Part shown: positions 1 to 9,220 of the stretch, in pieces
Layout of the letters: each line of letters opens with the position of its first letter
Numbering within the stretch: the stretch's first letter is position 1
Assembly: GCA_029946075.1 (NCBI GenBank)
Contig: JAQSDT010000399.1
Location: 1 to 43,859 of the forward strand
From: a bacterium
GTDB taxonomy: Bacteria > Pseudomonadota > Alphaproteobacteria > Rhizobiales > Xanthobacteraceae
Direction of reading: 5' to 3'
DNA: 43,859 nt
Position numbers and translations under genes: made by a program
Notes under the pieces: model-generated
What the model was told of the DNA's origin: nothing
Seen by the model: the letters and a program-made list of their open reading frames with translations, nothing else
The model's database searches: none

Positions 1-56
1 AGCATGAATTTACGGGCTTCTCCGTGTATCACGGCGCCCATGTTCGGAATATTCAA
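1..56 (-). pseudogene. Possible 5' stub of a CDP-alcohol phosphatidyltransferase gene divergent from purM, apparently interrupted after ~5 codons or running off the window
   Basis: Minus strand reads TTG AAT ATT CCG AAC ATG GGC GCC (LNIPNMGAV). (M)NIPN resembles the start of the PgsA-like gene I recall lying divergent to purM in Bradyrhizobium, but the expected I-T-L-G-R does not follow. Confidence 0.3.
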
Positions 57-215
57 CTCGGTCGCTTCCCGGCTCCCGGCCTGATACATCCGGCTGCTGG
101 CCCTGAGCGGGGGTGAGCCGGTCTTATCTACATAGTATATGCACGAAGGGCTTGCGAGCCATTGCAGGATCGCAGAATTCCTCGTAACCAGCGGTCTTCA
201 TACTGGAATTTGGGC

Positions 216-1289
216 ATGAACGACCGCAAAAACGGGCTTACTTACGCGGATTCGGGCGTCGATATTGACGCGGGCAACCGCCTCGTCGATCTCATCAAGC
301 CGATGGTTCGCGCCACCGCCCGGGCGGGCGCGGATGCCGAGATCGGCGGCTTCGGCGGGCTGTTCGACCTCAAAGCGGCCGGTTTCAAGGACCCGGTGCT
401 GGTGGCCGCCACCGACGGCGTCGGCACCAAGGTGAAGATCGCGATCGAGACCGGCCTGCATGGCGGTATCGGCATCGACCTCGTGGCGATGTCGGTCAAC
501 GACCTCGTCGTACAGGGCGCAGAACCGCTGTTCTTTCTCGACTATTTTGCCTGCGGCAAGCTCGATCCCGAGGCTGCTGCTTCGATCGTGGCCGGTGTTG
601 CCGAGGGCTGCCGCGAATCCGGCTGCGCCCTGATCGGCGGCGAGACCGCCGAGATGCCCGGCCTCTACAAGGATGGCGACTACGATCTGGCGGGATTTGC
701 GGTGGGCGCGGCCGAGCGCGGCACGCTGCTGCCGAGCAAGGACATCGCCGCCGGCGATGCAGTGATCGGGCTGGCGTCCTCGGGCGTGCACTCCAACGGC
801 TTTTCGCTGGTGCGCAAGATCGTCGAGAATTCCGGTCTCGGCTTCGATGCGCCGGCGCCGTTCTCGCCCGTCATGACGCTGGGCGGCGCGCTGCTGGCGC
901 CGACGCGGCTTTATGTGAAGTCGTGCTTGCGCGCGATCCGCGAGACCGGCGCGATCAAGGGGCTTGCCCACATCACCGGCGGCGGCTTCACCGACAACAT
1001 TCCGCGCGTGCTGCCGAAGCATCTTGGCGTCGGCATCGATCTGGCGCGGCTGCCGGTGTTGCCGGTTTTCAAATGGCTGGCGGCGCAGGGCGGCATTGCC
1101 GAACTGGAACTGTTGCGCACGTTCAACTGCGGCATCGGCATGATCGCCATCGTCAAGGCCGACGCGGTCGAGCAGGTGACGCAAGTACTCACCGAGAGCG
1201 GCGAGACCGTTGCCTTGCTCGGCGAAGTCATTCCGACCGAAGGCGAACACCGCGTGGTCTATCACGGTCACCTCGACCTCACGCCATGA
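216..1289 (+). CDS. purM: Phosphoribosylformylglycinamidine cyclo-ligase (AIR synthetase)
   Basis: [38 protein letters not shown] and HITGGG motifs; ATG at 216. Confidence 0.98.
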   Translation: MNDRKNGLTYADSGVDIDAGNRLVDLIKPMVRATARAGADAEIGGFGGLFDLKAAGFKDPVLVAATDGVGTKVKIAIETGLHGGIGIDLVAMSVNDLVVQGAEPLFFLDYFACGKLDPEAAASIVAGVAEGCRESGCALIGGETAEMPGLYKDGDYDLAGFAVGAAERGTLLPSKDIAAGDAVIGLASSGVHSNGFSLVRKIVENSGLGFDAPAPFSPVMTLGGALLAPTRLYVKSCLRAIRETGAIKGLAHITGGGFTDNIPRVLPKHLGVGIDLARLPVLPVFKWLAAQGGIAELELLRTFNCGIGMIAIVKADAVEQVTQVLTESGETVALLGEVIPTEGEHRVVYHGHLDLTP

Positions 1290-1939
1290 AACGGCGTGTC
1301 GCCATCCTGATTTCCGGGCGCGGATCCAACATGGCCGCGCTGATCGACGCGGCCAGGGCGCCGGATTTTCCGGCCGAGATCGTCGTCGTGATTTCCAACC
1401 GCGCCGATGCGCAGGGATTGCAGCGTGCCGGTGCAAGCGACATCCCGACCATCGTCATCGAGAGCAAGCCGTTCGGCAAGGATCGCGCCGGATTCGAGGC
1501 CATGCTGCAGCAGGCGCTGGACGAGAAGGGCGTCGAGCTGATTTGTCTCGGCGGATTCATGCGGCTGTTCACCTCCGAATTCGTGCAGCGCTGGTATGGC
1601 AAGATGCTCAATATCCATCCCTCGCTGCTGCCGTCGTTCCCGGGCCTCGATCCGCACGGCCAGGCGCTGGCGGCCGGCGTGAAGATCTCAGGGGCAACGG
1701 TGCATTTCGTCATCCCGGAAACCGATGCGGGTCCGATCGTGATGCAGGGGGCGGTCGCGGTTGCCGACGACGACACTTCCGAGACGCTATCGGAACGCAT
1801 CCTCGGCATCGAGCATCGCATCTATCCCGAAGCGCTGCGGCTGCTTGCCGGCGGCCGGCTGCAGCTCGCAGGCGACCTCTGCAGGGTGTCCGGGGCGGCC
1901 GATCGCGACGGCACCCTGATCGCGCCTGCCACGAACTAA
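1286..1939 (+). CDS. purN: Phosphoribosylglycinamide formyltransferase
   Basis: [28 protein letters not shown] and EHRIYP motifs; ATGA overlap with the purM stop. Confidence 0.98.
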   Translation: MKRRVAILISGRGSNMAALIDAARAPDFPAEIVVVISNRADAQGLQRAGASDIPTIVIESKPFGKDRAGFEAMLQQALDEKGVELICLGGFMRLFTSEFVQRWYGKMLNIHPSLLPSFPGLDPHGQALAAGVKISGATVHFVIPETDAGPIVMQGAVAVADDDTSETLSERILGIEHRIYPEALRLLAGGRLQLAGDLCRVSGAADRDGTLIAPATN

Positions 1940-2174
1940 CGTCTGGCTGGGCTCTGGCGGACCTCGGGAATAGTCCCTGCGGGAACAGGCTGTGGCTGCC
2001 GCACCACAATGGCGCGTATTCGGCCATGCGCCCGGGGGGCAGCCAATTGACGCTTCCCCGCAAGTGGGGGCAAATCAACCCCATTGCATCGGGATTTACT
2101 GGTTTTTCGGCCGGCGCTTGTTGGGAATGGATGGGATGCGCTGCTCTGGGCGGCTTTGGCGCGGACGAAAAACA

Positions 2175-3275
2175 GTGACCGGTCAGGCGCTCGCGCGGTT
2201 GGCTGTGATCGCGTTCGTTTTTGCCTTCGGTGCATCGACCGCATCGGCGCAATCGCCGAGCCCGTCGCCGACCCCCACCCCCACGGCCTCGCCGACGCCG
2301 ATCCCCACACCGACCCAGACCAATTCGACGGTGTCGTCGAACGCTGCCGTGGTCAATCTTGGAAGCAACTTCCTCGAGCGGCTCGGCAACCGGTCGAGCA
2401 ACGGCTTCAACCGCATGCAACGGACCAATCCCGGCGGCGGCGGCGCCTCGGAGGCTGCGGAAACGCCGCGCTATCGCACCTGGTTCGAAGGCTATGGGAT
2501 GACGGCCAGGAACGGCGCGGTCGGCGATTTCGTCGGTGACAGCCGCAAGACCTGGGGCGGGGTCGGCGGCTTTGGCGCCCGTGTCGCGCCGGGCGTCAAT
2601 ATCGGCTTCTCCGTCGACCAGAGCCGCTCGTCGATCGACATTCCGCTGGCGCTGCAATCGGCCACCATCGACCTGACACAGCTCGGCTTCACTGCCTCGG
2701 TCGACAGCGGTCCGTGGACCTGGGCCAGCGCTGTCGTGCACGGCTTCGGCAACATCAATTCGCGGCGCGACACCGGCTTGGGTCTTGCGACCGCGGGCTA
2801 CAACGCCAGACTCGACGGCGTGCTCAGCGAAATCAGCTATTACTGGTCCAAGGACCAGGGCCGCATCGTTCCCAAGGGGGCGATCGAGTATGTCCGTGCC
2901 CGCACCGGATCATTGCAGGAGATCGGTGGCCTCGATCCGGTGACGGCGAGCAGCGCAACCGTGCAGCGGGTGCGTATCCTGGCCGGCGCCGAAATCGGGC
3001 ATTACTGGATTTTCGACCGGAAGATTTTCGATCTGTCAGCCTACGGCAAATTCGTCGACAACGTCGTGCAGAACTTCTCCGACGTCACCGTCAGCCTCGG
3101 CGCCCAGAGCGTCACGTTCCAGGGCATCGGCGAAAGCCGCTACGGTGCGGATGCCGGCGCGTCGGCTTCGCTCAGCCTGACCAACACGGCGCGCCTGTAT
3201 GTCAACTACGACGCCAAATTCCGCGCCCGGATGCAGTCGCACCAGGGCACGCTGGGCCTCGAGCTGAAGTGGTAG
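2175..3275 (+). CDS. Autotransporter-type outer-membrane beta-barrel protein with a Pro/Thr/Ser stalk and essentially no passenger
   Basis: Signal peptide ending ASA-Q, (S/T)P repeats, helix (SNFLERL), amphipathic beta strands, C-terminal LELKW. Start uncertain (GTG 2175). Confidence 0.75.
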   Translation: MTGQALARLAVIAFVFAFGASTASAQSPSPSPTPTPTASPTPIPTPTQTNSTVSSNAAVVNLGSNFLERLGNRSSNGFNRMQRTNPGGGGASEAAETPRYRTWFEGYGMTARNGAVGDFVGDSRKTWGGVGGFGARVAPGVNIGFSVDQSRSSIDIPLALQSATIDLTQLGFTASVDSGPWTWASAVVHGFGNINSRRDTGLGLATAGYNARLDGVLSEISYYWSKDQGRIVPKGAIEYVRARTGSLQEIGGLDPVTASSATVQRVRILAGAEIGHYWIFDRKIFDLSAYGKFVDNVVQNFSDVTVSLGAQSVTFQGIGESRYGADAGASASLSLTNTARLYVNYDAKFRARMQSHQGTLGLELKW

Positions 3276-3291
3276 TTCAACATCCGTCGGT

Positions 3292-3392
3292 GGCCTCGTG
3301 GTTCGAGACGCATCGCCTCGCGACGCTCCTCGCCATGAGGTCCAATACCTCATCCTGAGAGCCGCGTAGCGGCGTCTCGAAGGATGAAGGCC
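3292..3392. repeat. Rhizobiales REP/RIME-like palindromic element between convergent genes
   Basis: TGGTTCGAGACG...CTCCTCGCCATGAGG followed by the inverted unit CCTCATCCTGAG...CGTCTCGAAGGATG; long imperfect hairpin. Confidence 0.8.
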
Positions 3393-3399
3393 CCAATGC

Positions 3400-4551
3400 T
3401 TATTCAGCTCGGTCGACCCTGACGACGCGGCCCTTTTCGATCGCCAGCGCCAGCCTGCCGTGCTTGAGCGCGATCGCAGCTTCGCCGAACAATTCGCGGC
3501 GCCAGCCATGCAGGGCGGCGACGTCGGCATTGTCGTCGGCGGCGATCTGGTCGAGATCGTCGACGGTGGCGATCACCTTGCTGGCGACGGCGTGACGTTC
3601 CGACGTCATCCGCAGCAGCACCTTCAGAAGCTCGACGGTTGCCGCGCCGTTGGAATTGCCACGCGGCTTTTCCAGTTTGGGCAGCGTGAGCGGATCGCGG
3701 GAGACGCCGCGTTGCACGGCGGCGATGATGTCGCTGCCCCATTTGGAGCGATCGAAGCCCTTCGGCAGCGAGCGCAGGCTGGCGAGGCGCTCCAGCGAGG
3801 TCGGCGCGTGGGTGGCGATGTCGCCGACCGCGTCGTCCTTCAGCACGCGCGAGCGCGGCACGTCGCGGCTTTGCGCTTCCTGCTCGCGCCAGGCCGCGAC
3901 TTCCATCAGCACCGCGAGTTCTTTCGGCTTGCGCACCCGCGTCTTCAGCCGCTCCCACGCCCTTTCGGGGTGGAAATCATAGGTCTTCGGCGAGGTCAGG
4001 ACTTCCATCTCCTCGCTGACCCAATCGCTGCGGCCGCGCTTCTTCAAATCGGCATCCAGCGCCGCGAAGACGTCGCGCAGATGGGTGACGTCGGAGACCG
4101 CGTAGTGCATCTGTTCGGGGGTCAGCGGCCGGCGCGACCAGTCGGTGAAGCGGTGGGTCTTGTCCGGGCGGTGGCCGGTGACGCGCTCGACGAGCTGGTC
4201 GTAGGCGATGCTGTCGCCATAGCCCAGCACCATCGCGGCGACCTGCGTGTCGAAGATCGGGTGCGGAATGGTGCCGGAGAGATGCCAGACGATTTCGATG
4301 TCCTGGCGCGCGGCGTGAAACACCTTCAGCACCGCCTCGTTCGCCATCAATTCGAAGAACGGCTTGAGGTCGATACCTTGCGCCAGCGTGTCGACCACGA
4401 CGGCTTCGTCCGGGCTCGCCATCTGGACGACGCAGAGCAACGGATAATAGGTCGTCTCCCGAAGAAACTCGGTGTCGACGGTGATGACCTTGTGTTGGGC
4501 GAGCCGGGAGCAGGCGGCAGCGAGGTCGGCAGTGCTGGTAATCAGATCCAT
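3400..4551 (-). CDS. rnd: Ribonuclease D
   Basis: DTEF exonuclease motif, [32 protein letters not shown] region and GWRRELFG tail. Confidence 0.96.
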   Translation of the reverse strand: MDLITSTADLAAACSRLAQHKVITVDTEFLRETTYYPLLCVVQMASPDEAVVVDTLAQGIDLKPFFELMANEAVLKVFHAARQDIEIVWHLSGTIPHPIFDTQVAAMVLGYGDSIAYDQLVERVTGHRPDKTHRFTDWSRRPLTPEQMHYAVSDVTHLRDVFAALDADLKKRGRSDWVSEEMEVLTSPKTYDFHPERAWERLKTRVRKPKELAVLMEVAAWREQEAQSRDVPRSRVLKDDAVGDIATHAPTSLERLASLRSLPKGFDRSKWGSDIIAAVQRGVSRDPLTLPKLEKPRGNSNGAATVELLKVLLRMTSERHAVASKVIATVDDLDQIAADDNADVAALHGWRRELFGEAAIALKHGRLALAIEKGRVVRVDRAE

Positions 4552-4727
4552 GAACAATCCATGACGCTTATGACAGGCGTTCTGCCGAAAGCGCTGATAT
4601 GTCAAGGGTGTTGAGGGTGATTTGAGCCCGGGAATCGAGCCTGAGCACGGCTTTTTTGCGTCGGCCCGGCGTTAGACGCCCGGCGCGCTGGCCGGGGGTC
4701 GGCAGGAGCGGTCGGCGGGAATTCCGC

Positions 4728-4838
4728 TTACTCGTAGCGAACGTGCCGCGACGGCCGGCGATTGCAGGGCACGGCGAGCACGATGAGACAGAGCGCAATC
4801 ATCACCAGTCCCATAAATCCGAAAGCGAAAGCGTCCAC
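4728..4838 (-). CDS. Small single-pass membrane protein (36 aa), not in the ORF track
   Basis: GGGGAG RBS, GTG start, VDAFAFGFMGLVMIALCLIVLAVPCNRRPSRHVRYE*; hydrophobic helix then basic tail. Confidence 0.55.
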   Translation of the reverse strand: MDAFAFGFMGLVMIALCLIVLAVPCNRRPSRHVRYE

Positions 4839-4879
4839 GGCAATTCTCCCCAATAGATGATTAGAATTGTAGGGTGCGC

Positions 4880-4895
4880 GTTGACGGTTTCTTAA
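4880..4895 (-). promoter_or_regulatory. CtrA-like box upstream of the 36-aa ORF
   Basis: Minus strand TTAA-GAAACCG-TCAAC, one mismatch to TTAA-N7-TTAAC. Confidence 0.45.
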
Positions 4896-5030
4896 TTCGC
4901 GAAACAAGAGCGAAAGCGCGTTGGGAAATGGTGGACGTGCGCTTAAGGAGTTGGGTTAACGGCGGGAGCCCCATGCGGGGAGTAGAGGGGCAGCAAGACC
5001 CGGAGATCGTTCTCACGTCCGAGCGATACG

Positions 5031-5330
5031 TTAGGCCGCTTTCGTGATCGGTCCAATTCTTGCGAGGTCCTTACCTATCTGACGCTTCGCGATTTGGATG
5101 TCGTAGTCGGTCTGAAGGTTCAGCCAGAGTTCGGGTGAGGTGCCGAAGGCCTTCGATAAGCGTAGCGCGGTATCCGCCGTCACGCCGGTTTCCTCATTCG
5201 ACAATCGTTCGATACGCGTTCGCGGAACACCGCAGGCCTTTGCCAACGCACCGGGCGACAGCCCAAGCGGTAACAGAAATTCTTCCCGGAGAACTTCACC
5301 GGGATGCATGGGGGCAAGTTTTTTGGCCAT
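5031..5330 (-). CDS. higA: HigA family antitoxin (XRE HTH)
   Basis: HPGEVLREEFL, LAKACGVPRTRI and TADTALRLSKAFGTSPELWLNLQ motifs. Confidence 0.95.
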   Translation of the reverse strand: MAKKLAPMHPGEVLREEFLLPLGLSPGALAKACGVPRTRIERLSNEETGVTADTALRLSKAFGTSPELWLNLQTDYDIQIAKRQIGKDLARIGPITKAA

Positions 5331-5372
5331 TGACGGTTCCCTCTTCTTGGCTCGAAGGCCTGCCTGACGATC

Positions 5373-5657
5373 TCACGAATGATAGTCAATCAATTCAACG
5401 TCTTTCGGCCCTTCCTCGGTCCAAACAAAGCAGATCCGGAACTGGTCATTGACGCGAATTGAGTGTTGCCCCGCGCGGTCACCCATGAGCGCCTCGAGTC
5501 GGTTGCCGGGCGGCACACGCAAATCCGCCAGAATGTGCGCCGCATGCAAATAACGCAGCTTGCGGCGTGCAACTTTGATCAAGTTAGCCGGAAACCCCTT
5601 GCGGACGACGCCGTTGAACGCGTCTTCCGTCAGTGCATCCTTGAAACTCTTGATCAT
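5373..5657 (-). CDS. higB: HigB family (RelE-like) toxin
   Basis: MIKSFKD, ARRKL, DLRVPPGNRLEAL, SIRVNDQFRICF and DYH motifs; toxin upstream of antitoxin. Confidence 0.95.
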   Translation of the reverse strand: MIKSFKDALTEDAFNGVVRKGFPANLIKVARRKLRYLHAAHILADLRVPPGNRLEALMGDRAGQHSIRVNDQFRICFVWTEEGPKDVELIDYHS

Positions 5658-5662
5658 GACGG

Positions 5663-5716
5663 AGTGTATCAGTGCGCGATACGATCGTCAACGATACTGT
5701 ATCATCAAATGATACA
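5663..5716 (-). promoter_or_regulatory. higBA sigma70 promoter with two palindromic operators
   Basis: TTGACG(5691-5686)-N17-TACACT(5668-5663); GTATC-N7-GATAC at 5666-5682 and TGTATCAT-CAA-ATGATACA at 5698-5716. Confidence 0.75.
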
Positions 5717-5738
5717 ATTGGCTCGCTCTAACAGCACC

Positions 5739-7214
5739 TCACGTCCCGCAGAACGTCTGCAGGACGCGCTGATCCGGCAGTGGCGGGTCGGCGTAGGCAG
5801 CGTACTTCGGCTGATCCTCGAAAGGTTTCGACAGCACGGTGATCAGCTCCTCAAACGGTGCGTAGTCGTCACGGTTCATCGCCGCCTGGATGACGGCCTC
5901 GACGCGGTGGTTGCGCGGAATGAAGAGCGGATTGACCGCGCGCATCGCAGCTTGCCGCTCGGCGGCCGATTGCGGCTCATCCGCGAGACGCTTGCGCCAG
6001 CGCACGGCCCATTCATCGAAGGCGGCGGGATCGGTGAATTGCGCACGTACGCTATCGTCGTCGGCGCTGCCGGCGGCATCTCCAAGCCGGCGGAAGGTGA
6101 GGGTGAAGTCGGCGTTGTTCTTCGCCATCGCGTCGAGCAGGTCCTGGATCAGTGCCTCGTCGCTATCCTGCACGGTGAACAGTCCGACTTTGCTCCGCAG
6201 GCCGGCCTGATAGGCGGCCGTGAATGTCCCGGCGAACTCGCCGAGCACGAACTGCGCCTGTTCGATCGCCTTGTCCTTGTCGTCGGAGAACAGCGGCAGC
6301 AGGCATTCGGCCAGCCGCGTCAGATTCCACAGCGCGATCTGCGGCTGGTTGGCATAGGCGTAGCGGCCCATCTCGTCGATCGAGGAGAACACCTGCGCGG
6401 GGTTGTAGTCATCCATGAAGGCGCAGGGACCGTAGTCGATGGTCTCGCCGGAGACCGAGCAGTTATCCGTGTTCATCACGCCATGGATGAAGCCGACCAG
6501 AAGCCAGCGTGCGACGAGATCGGCCTGCCGGGCGACGACGCGTTCGAGCAGCGCGTGATAGGGGCGTTCGGCGCCGGCGATATCCGGATAGTGCCGCGCG
6601 ATGACGTGATCGGCGAGGCGACGCACGCCGTCGGTGTCGCCGCGGGCGGCAAAGAACTGGAAGGTGCCGACGCGGATATGGCTGGAGGCGACGCGCGTGA
6701 GCACGGCGCCCGGCAGCATCGTCTCGCGCTGAACGCGTTCGCCGGAGGTCACCGCGGCTAGCGAGCGGGTGGTGGGAATGCCGAGCGCAAACATCGCCTC
6801 GCTGACGATGTATTCGCGCAGCACCGGTCCGAGCGCGGCGCGGCCGTCGCCCCGGCGCGAGAATGGCGTCGGGCCGCTTCCCTTGAGCTGGATGTCGCGG
6901 CGGATGCCTTCCCTGTCGATGACTTCGCCGAGCAGGATGGCCCGGCCGTCGCCGAGTTGGGGCACGAAATGGCCGAACTGGTGCCCGGCATAGGCCATTG
7001 CGATCGGGTCCGCCCCGTCAGGCAGGCGCTTCCCGGCGAGGATTTCGGCTCCCTCAGGGGTGTCGAGAACGTCGGGATCGAGGCCGAGCTGGACGGCCAG
7101 TGCCCGGTTGAGCTTGATCAGCCGCGGGGCGGCGACCGGGGTGGGGGCGACGCGGGCGAAGAAGTTGGCCGGCAGCGCCGAATAGGTGTTCTGGAACGGG
7201 AAATGGACGGTCAT
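5739..7214 (-). CDS. selO: Protein adenylyltransferase SelO/YdiU
   Basis: YAGHQFG, LGDGRA, KGSGPTPFSRRGDGRA, GFIHGVMNTDN, IDYGP, PRNHRVE and C-terminal TFCGT. Confidence 0.95.
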   Translation of the reverse strand: MTVHFPFQNTYSALPANFFARVAPTPVAAPRLIKLNRALAVQLGLDPDVLDTPEGAEILAGKRLPDGADPIAMAYAGHQFGHFVPQLGDGRAILLGEVIDREGIRRDIQLKGSGPTPFSRRGDGRAALGPVLREYIVSEAMFALGIPTTRSLAAVTSGERVQRETMLPGAVLTRVASSHIRVGTFQFFAARGDTDGVRRLADHVIARHYPDIAGAERPYHALLERVVARQADLVARWLLVGFIHGVMNTDNCSVSGETIDYGPCAFMDDYNPAQVFSSIDEMGRYAYANQPQIALWNLTRLAECLLPLFSDDKDKAIEQAQFVLGEFAGTFTAAYQAGLRSKVGLFTVQDSDEALIQDLLDAMAKNNADFTLTFRRLGDAAGSADDDSVRAQFTDPAAFDEWAVRWRKRLADEPQSAAERQAAMRAVNPLFIPRNHRVEAVIQAAMNRDDYAPFEELITVLSKPFEDQPKYAAYADPPLPDQRVLQTFCGT

Positions 7215-7405
7215 GGACCAAAGATAGGCGCGGGGGCCAAATAGGCAAACGGTTCGGCCGTTTGGAGGGCCGAAATCTGGCTTTTGGGGCATGAAACAAG
7301 CCCCGCCATTGGTTGCCGCTTCCGGCCGCGTCGGGTAAACCCTCCGCACATTCGGACCGGCTTTGCCTCCGATTCTGCCCTCCGACATCAGTTTTTGGAA
7401 ATTCC

Positions 7406-9181
7406 ATGCATCGCTACCGGTCACATACATGCGGCGCGCTCCGCGAGAGTCATATCGGCGAAACGGTTCGCCTCTCGGGATGGTGCCACGTCATCCGCGA
7501 CCATGGTGGCGTGCTGTTCATCGACCTGCGCGATCACTACGGCATCACGCAGTGCGTGGCCGACAAGGATTCGGCGGCGTTTAGCGGCTTCGAGAAGGTC
7601 CGCTCGGAATGGGTGGTCCGGATCGACGGCAAGGTGCGCCGCCGTCCCGAGGGAACCGCCAATGCCGAACTGCCGACGGGGCAGATCGAGATTTTTGCCA
7701 GCGAGATCGAGGTTCTCGGGCCAGCAGCCGAGTTGCCGCTGCCGGTCGCGGGCGAGCAGGAATATCCTGAAGATATCAGGCTCAAATACCGCTTCCTCGA
7801 CCTGCGCCGCGAGAAGCTGCACCAGAACATCATGACGCGTGGCGCGATCGTCGATTCCATGCGCAAGCGCATGAAGGAGCAGGGCTTCTTCGAATTCCAG
7901 ACGCCGATCCTGACGGCGTCCTCGCCGGAAGGCGCGCGCGACTTCCTGGTGCCGTCGCGCATTCATCCCGGCAAGTTCTACGCGCTGCCGCAGGCGCCGC
8001 AGCAGTACAAGCAGCTCCTGATGATGTCGGGCTTCGACCGCTATTTCCAGATCGCGCCGTGTTTCCGCGACGAGGACCCGCGCGCCGACCGGTTGCCGGG
8101 CGAGTTCTACCAACTCGACGTTGAAATGAGCTTTGTCGAGCAGGAGGACGTGTTCACGGCGATGGAACCCGTCGTCACCGGCGTGTTCGAGGAGTTCGCC
8201 AAAGGCAAGCCCGTAACCAAGGGGTGGCGGCGAATTCCGTTTGCGGAAGCGTTGAAGAAATACGGCAGCGACAAGCCCGATTTGCGCAACCCGCTCGAGA
8301 TGCAGGATGTCTCCGAGCATTTTCGCGGCTCCGGCTTCAAGGTGTTCGCGCGGATGCTGGAAGATCCGAAGAACCAGGTCTGGGCGATCCCCGGACCCGG
8401 CGGCGGTTCACGCGCGTTCTGCGACCGCATGAACTCCTGGGCGCAGGGCGAAGGCCAGCCCGGCCTCGGCTACATCATGTGGCGCGAGGGCGGCGAGGGC
8501 GCAGGTCCCCTTGCGAACAACATCGGCGCGGAACGAACCGCGGCGATCCGCAGCCAGCTCGGGCTGAAGGACGGCGACGCCGCCTTCTTCGTGGCCGGCG
8601 ACCCGGACAAGTTCTGGAAGTTCTCGGGGCTCGCCCGCACCAAGGTCGGCGAGGATCTGAACCAGGTCGACAAGGACCGGTTCGAACTCGCCTGGATCGT
8701 CGACTTCCCGATGTACGAGTATGACGAGACCGAGAAGAAGGTCGACTTCTCGCACAACCCGTTCTCGATGCCGCAGGGCGGCCTCGATGCGCTCAACGGA
8801 CAGGATCCGCTGACCATCAAGGCGTTCCAGTACGACATCGTCTGCAACGGCTACGAGATCGCGTCGGGCGGCATCCGCAACCACAAGCCGGAAGCGATGG
8901 TGAAGGCGTTCGAGATCGCGGGCTATGGCGAGAACGACGTTGTCGAGCGCTTCGGCGGCATGTACCGCGCGTTCCAGTACGGCGCCCCGCCGCACGGCGG
9001 CATGGCAGCCGGCGTCGATCGTATCGTGATGCTGCTGTGCGGCACCACCAACCTGCGCGAGATATCGCTGTTCCCGATGAACCAGCAGGCGGTCGATCTC
9101 TTGATGGGCGCGCCGTCGGACGTCGCTCCGAAGCAGCTTCGCGATCTCCACATCCGGCTCAATCTGCCGGACAAGACTTAG
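7406..9181 (+). CDS. aspS: Aspartate-tRNA ligase, probably non-discriminating Asp/Asn type
   Basis: YRSHTCG, RDHGG (His typical of ND-AspRS), [19 protein letters not shown] and PPHGG motifs. Confidence 0.98.
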   Translation: MHRYRSHTCGALRESHIGETVRLSGWCHVIRDHGGVLFIDLRDHYGITQCVADKDSAAFSGFEKVRSEWVVRIDGKVRRRPEGTANAELPTGQIEIFASEIEVLGPAAELPLPVAGEQEYPEDIRLKYRFLDLRREKLHQNIMTRGAIVDSMRKRMKEQGFFEFQTPILTASSPEGARDFLVPSRIHPGKFYALPQAPQQYKQLLMMSGFDRYFQIAPCFRDEDPRADRLPGEFYQLDVEMSFVEQEDVFTAMEPVVTGVFEEFAKGKPVTKGWRRIPFAEALKKYGSDKPDLRNPLEMQDVSEHFRGSGFKVFARMLEDPKNQVWAIPGPGGGSRAFCDRMNSWAQGEGQPGLGYIMWREGGEGAGPLANNIGAERTAAIRSQLGLKDGDAAFFVAGDPDKFWKFSGLARTKVGEDLNQVDKDRFELAWIVDFPMYEYDETEKKVDFSHNPFSMPQGGLDALNGQDPLTIKAFQYDIVCNGYEIASGGIRNHKPEAMVKAFEIAGYGENDVVERFGGMYRAFQYGAPPHGGMAAGVDRIVMLLCGTTNLREISLFPMNQQAVDLLMGAPSDVAPKQLRDLHIRLNLPDKT

Positions 9182-9220
9182 GACTTAAGCTAGAGACTTA
9201 AGCTAGAGACTTGGGCTAGC
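9182..9220. repeat. 13-bp tandem repeat x3 filling the gap between two convergent stop codons
   Basis: GACTTAAGCTAGA GACTTAAGCTAGA GACTTGGGCTAGC; preceded by GACTTAG at the aspS stop. Confidence 0.85.

Noticed and set aside
162-215. N-terminal extensions in the ORF track for purM and also rnd, selO, aspS, MocR, SDR, SGNH and phosphatase
   Set aside because: They precede the family-typical starts, overlap neighbours or promoters and lack conserved content.
3292-3392. Palindromic elements as tRNA, riboswitch or CRISPR units
   Set aside because: No cloverleaf, aptamer or repeat-spacer periodicity; they fit dispersed intergenic repeats.
4943-4960. TTAA-N9-TTAAC as a full CtrA site
   Set aside because: The spacer is 9, not 7; at most half sites.
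5739-5760. Selenocysteine recoding at the selO TGA stop
   Set aside because: The protein ends in an ordinary FCGT tail with Cys present, and no convincing SECIS hairpin follows.
9182-9220. Tandem repeat as a mini-CRISPR
   Set aside because: 13-bp units with no spacers and no cas genes.
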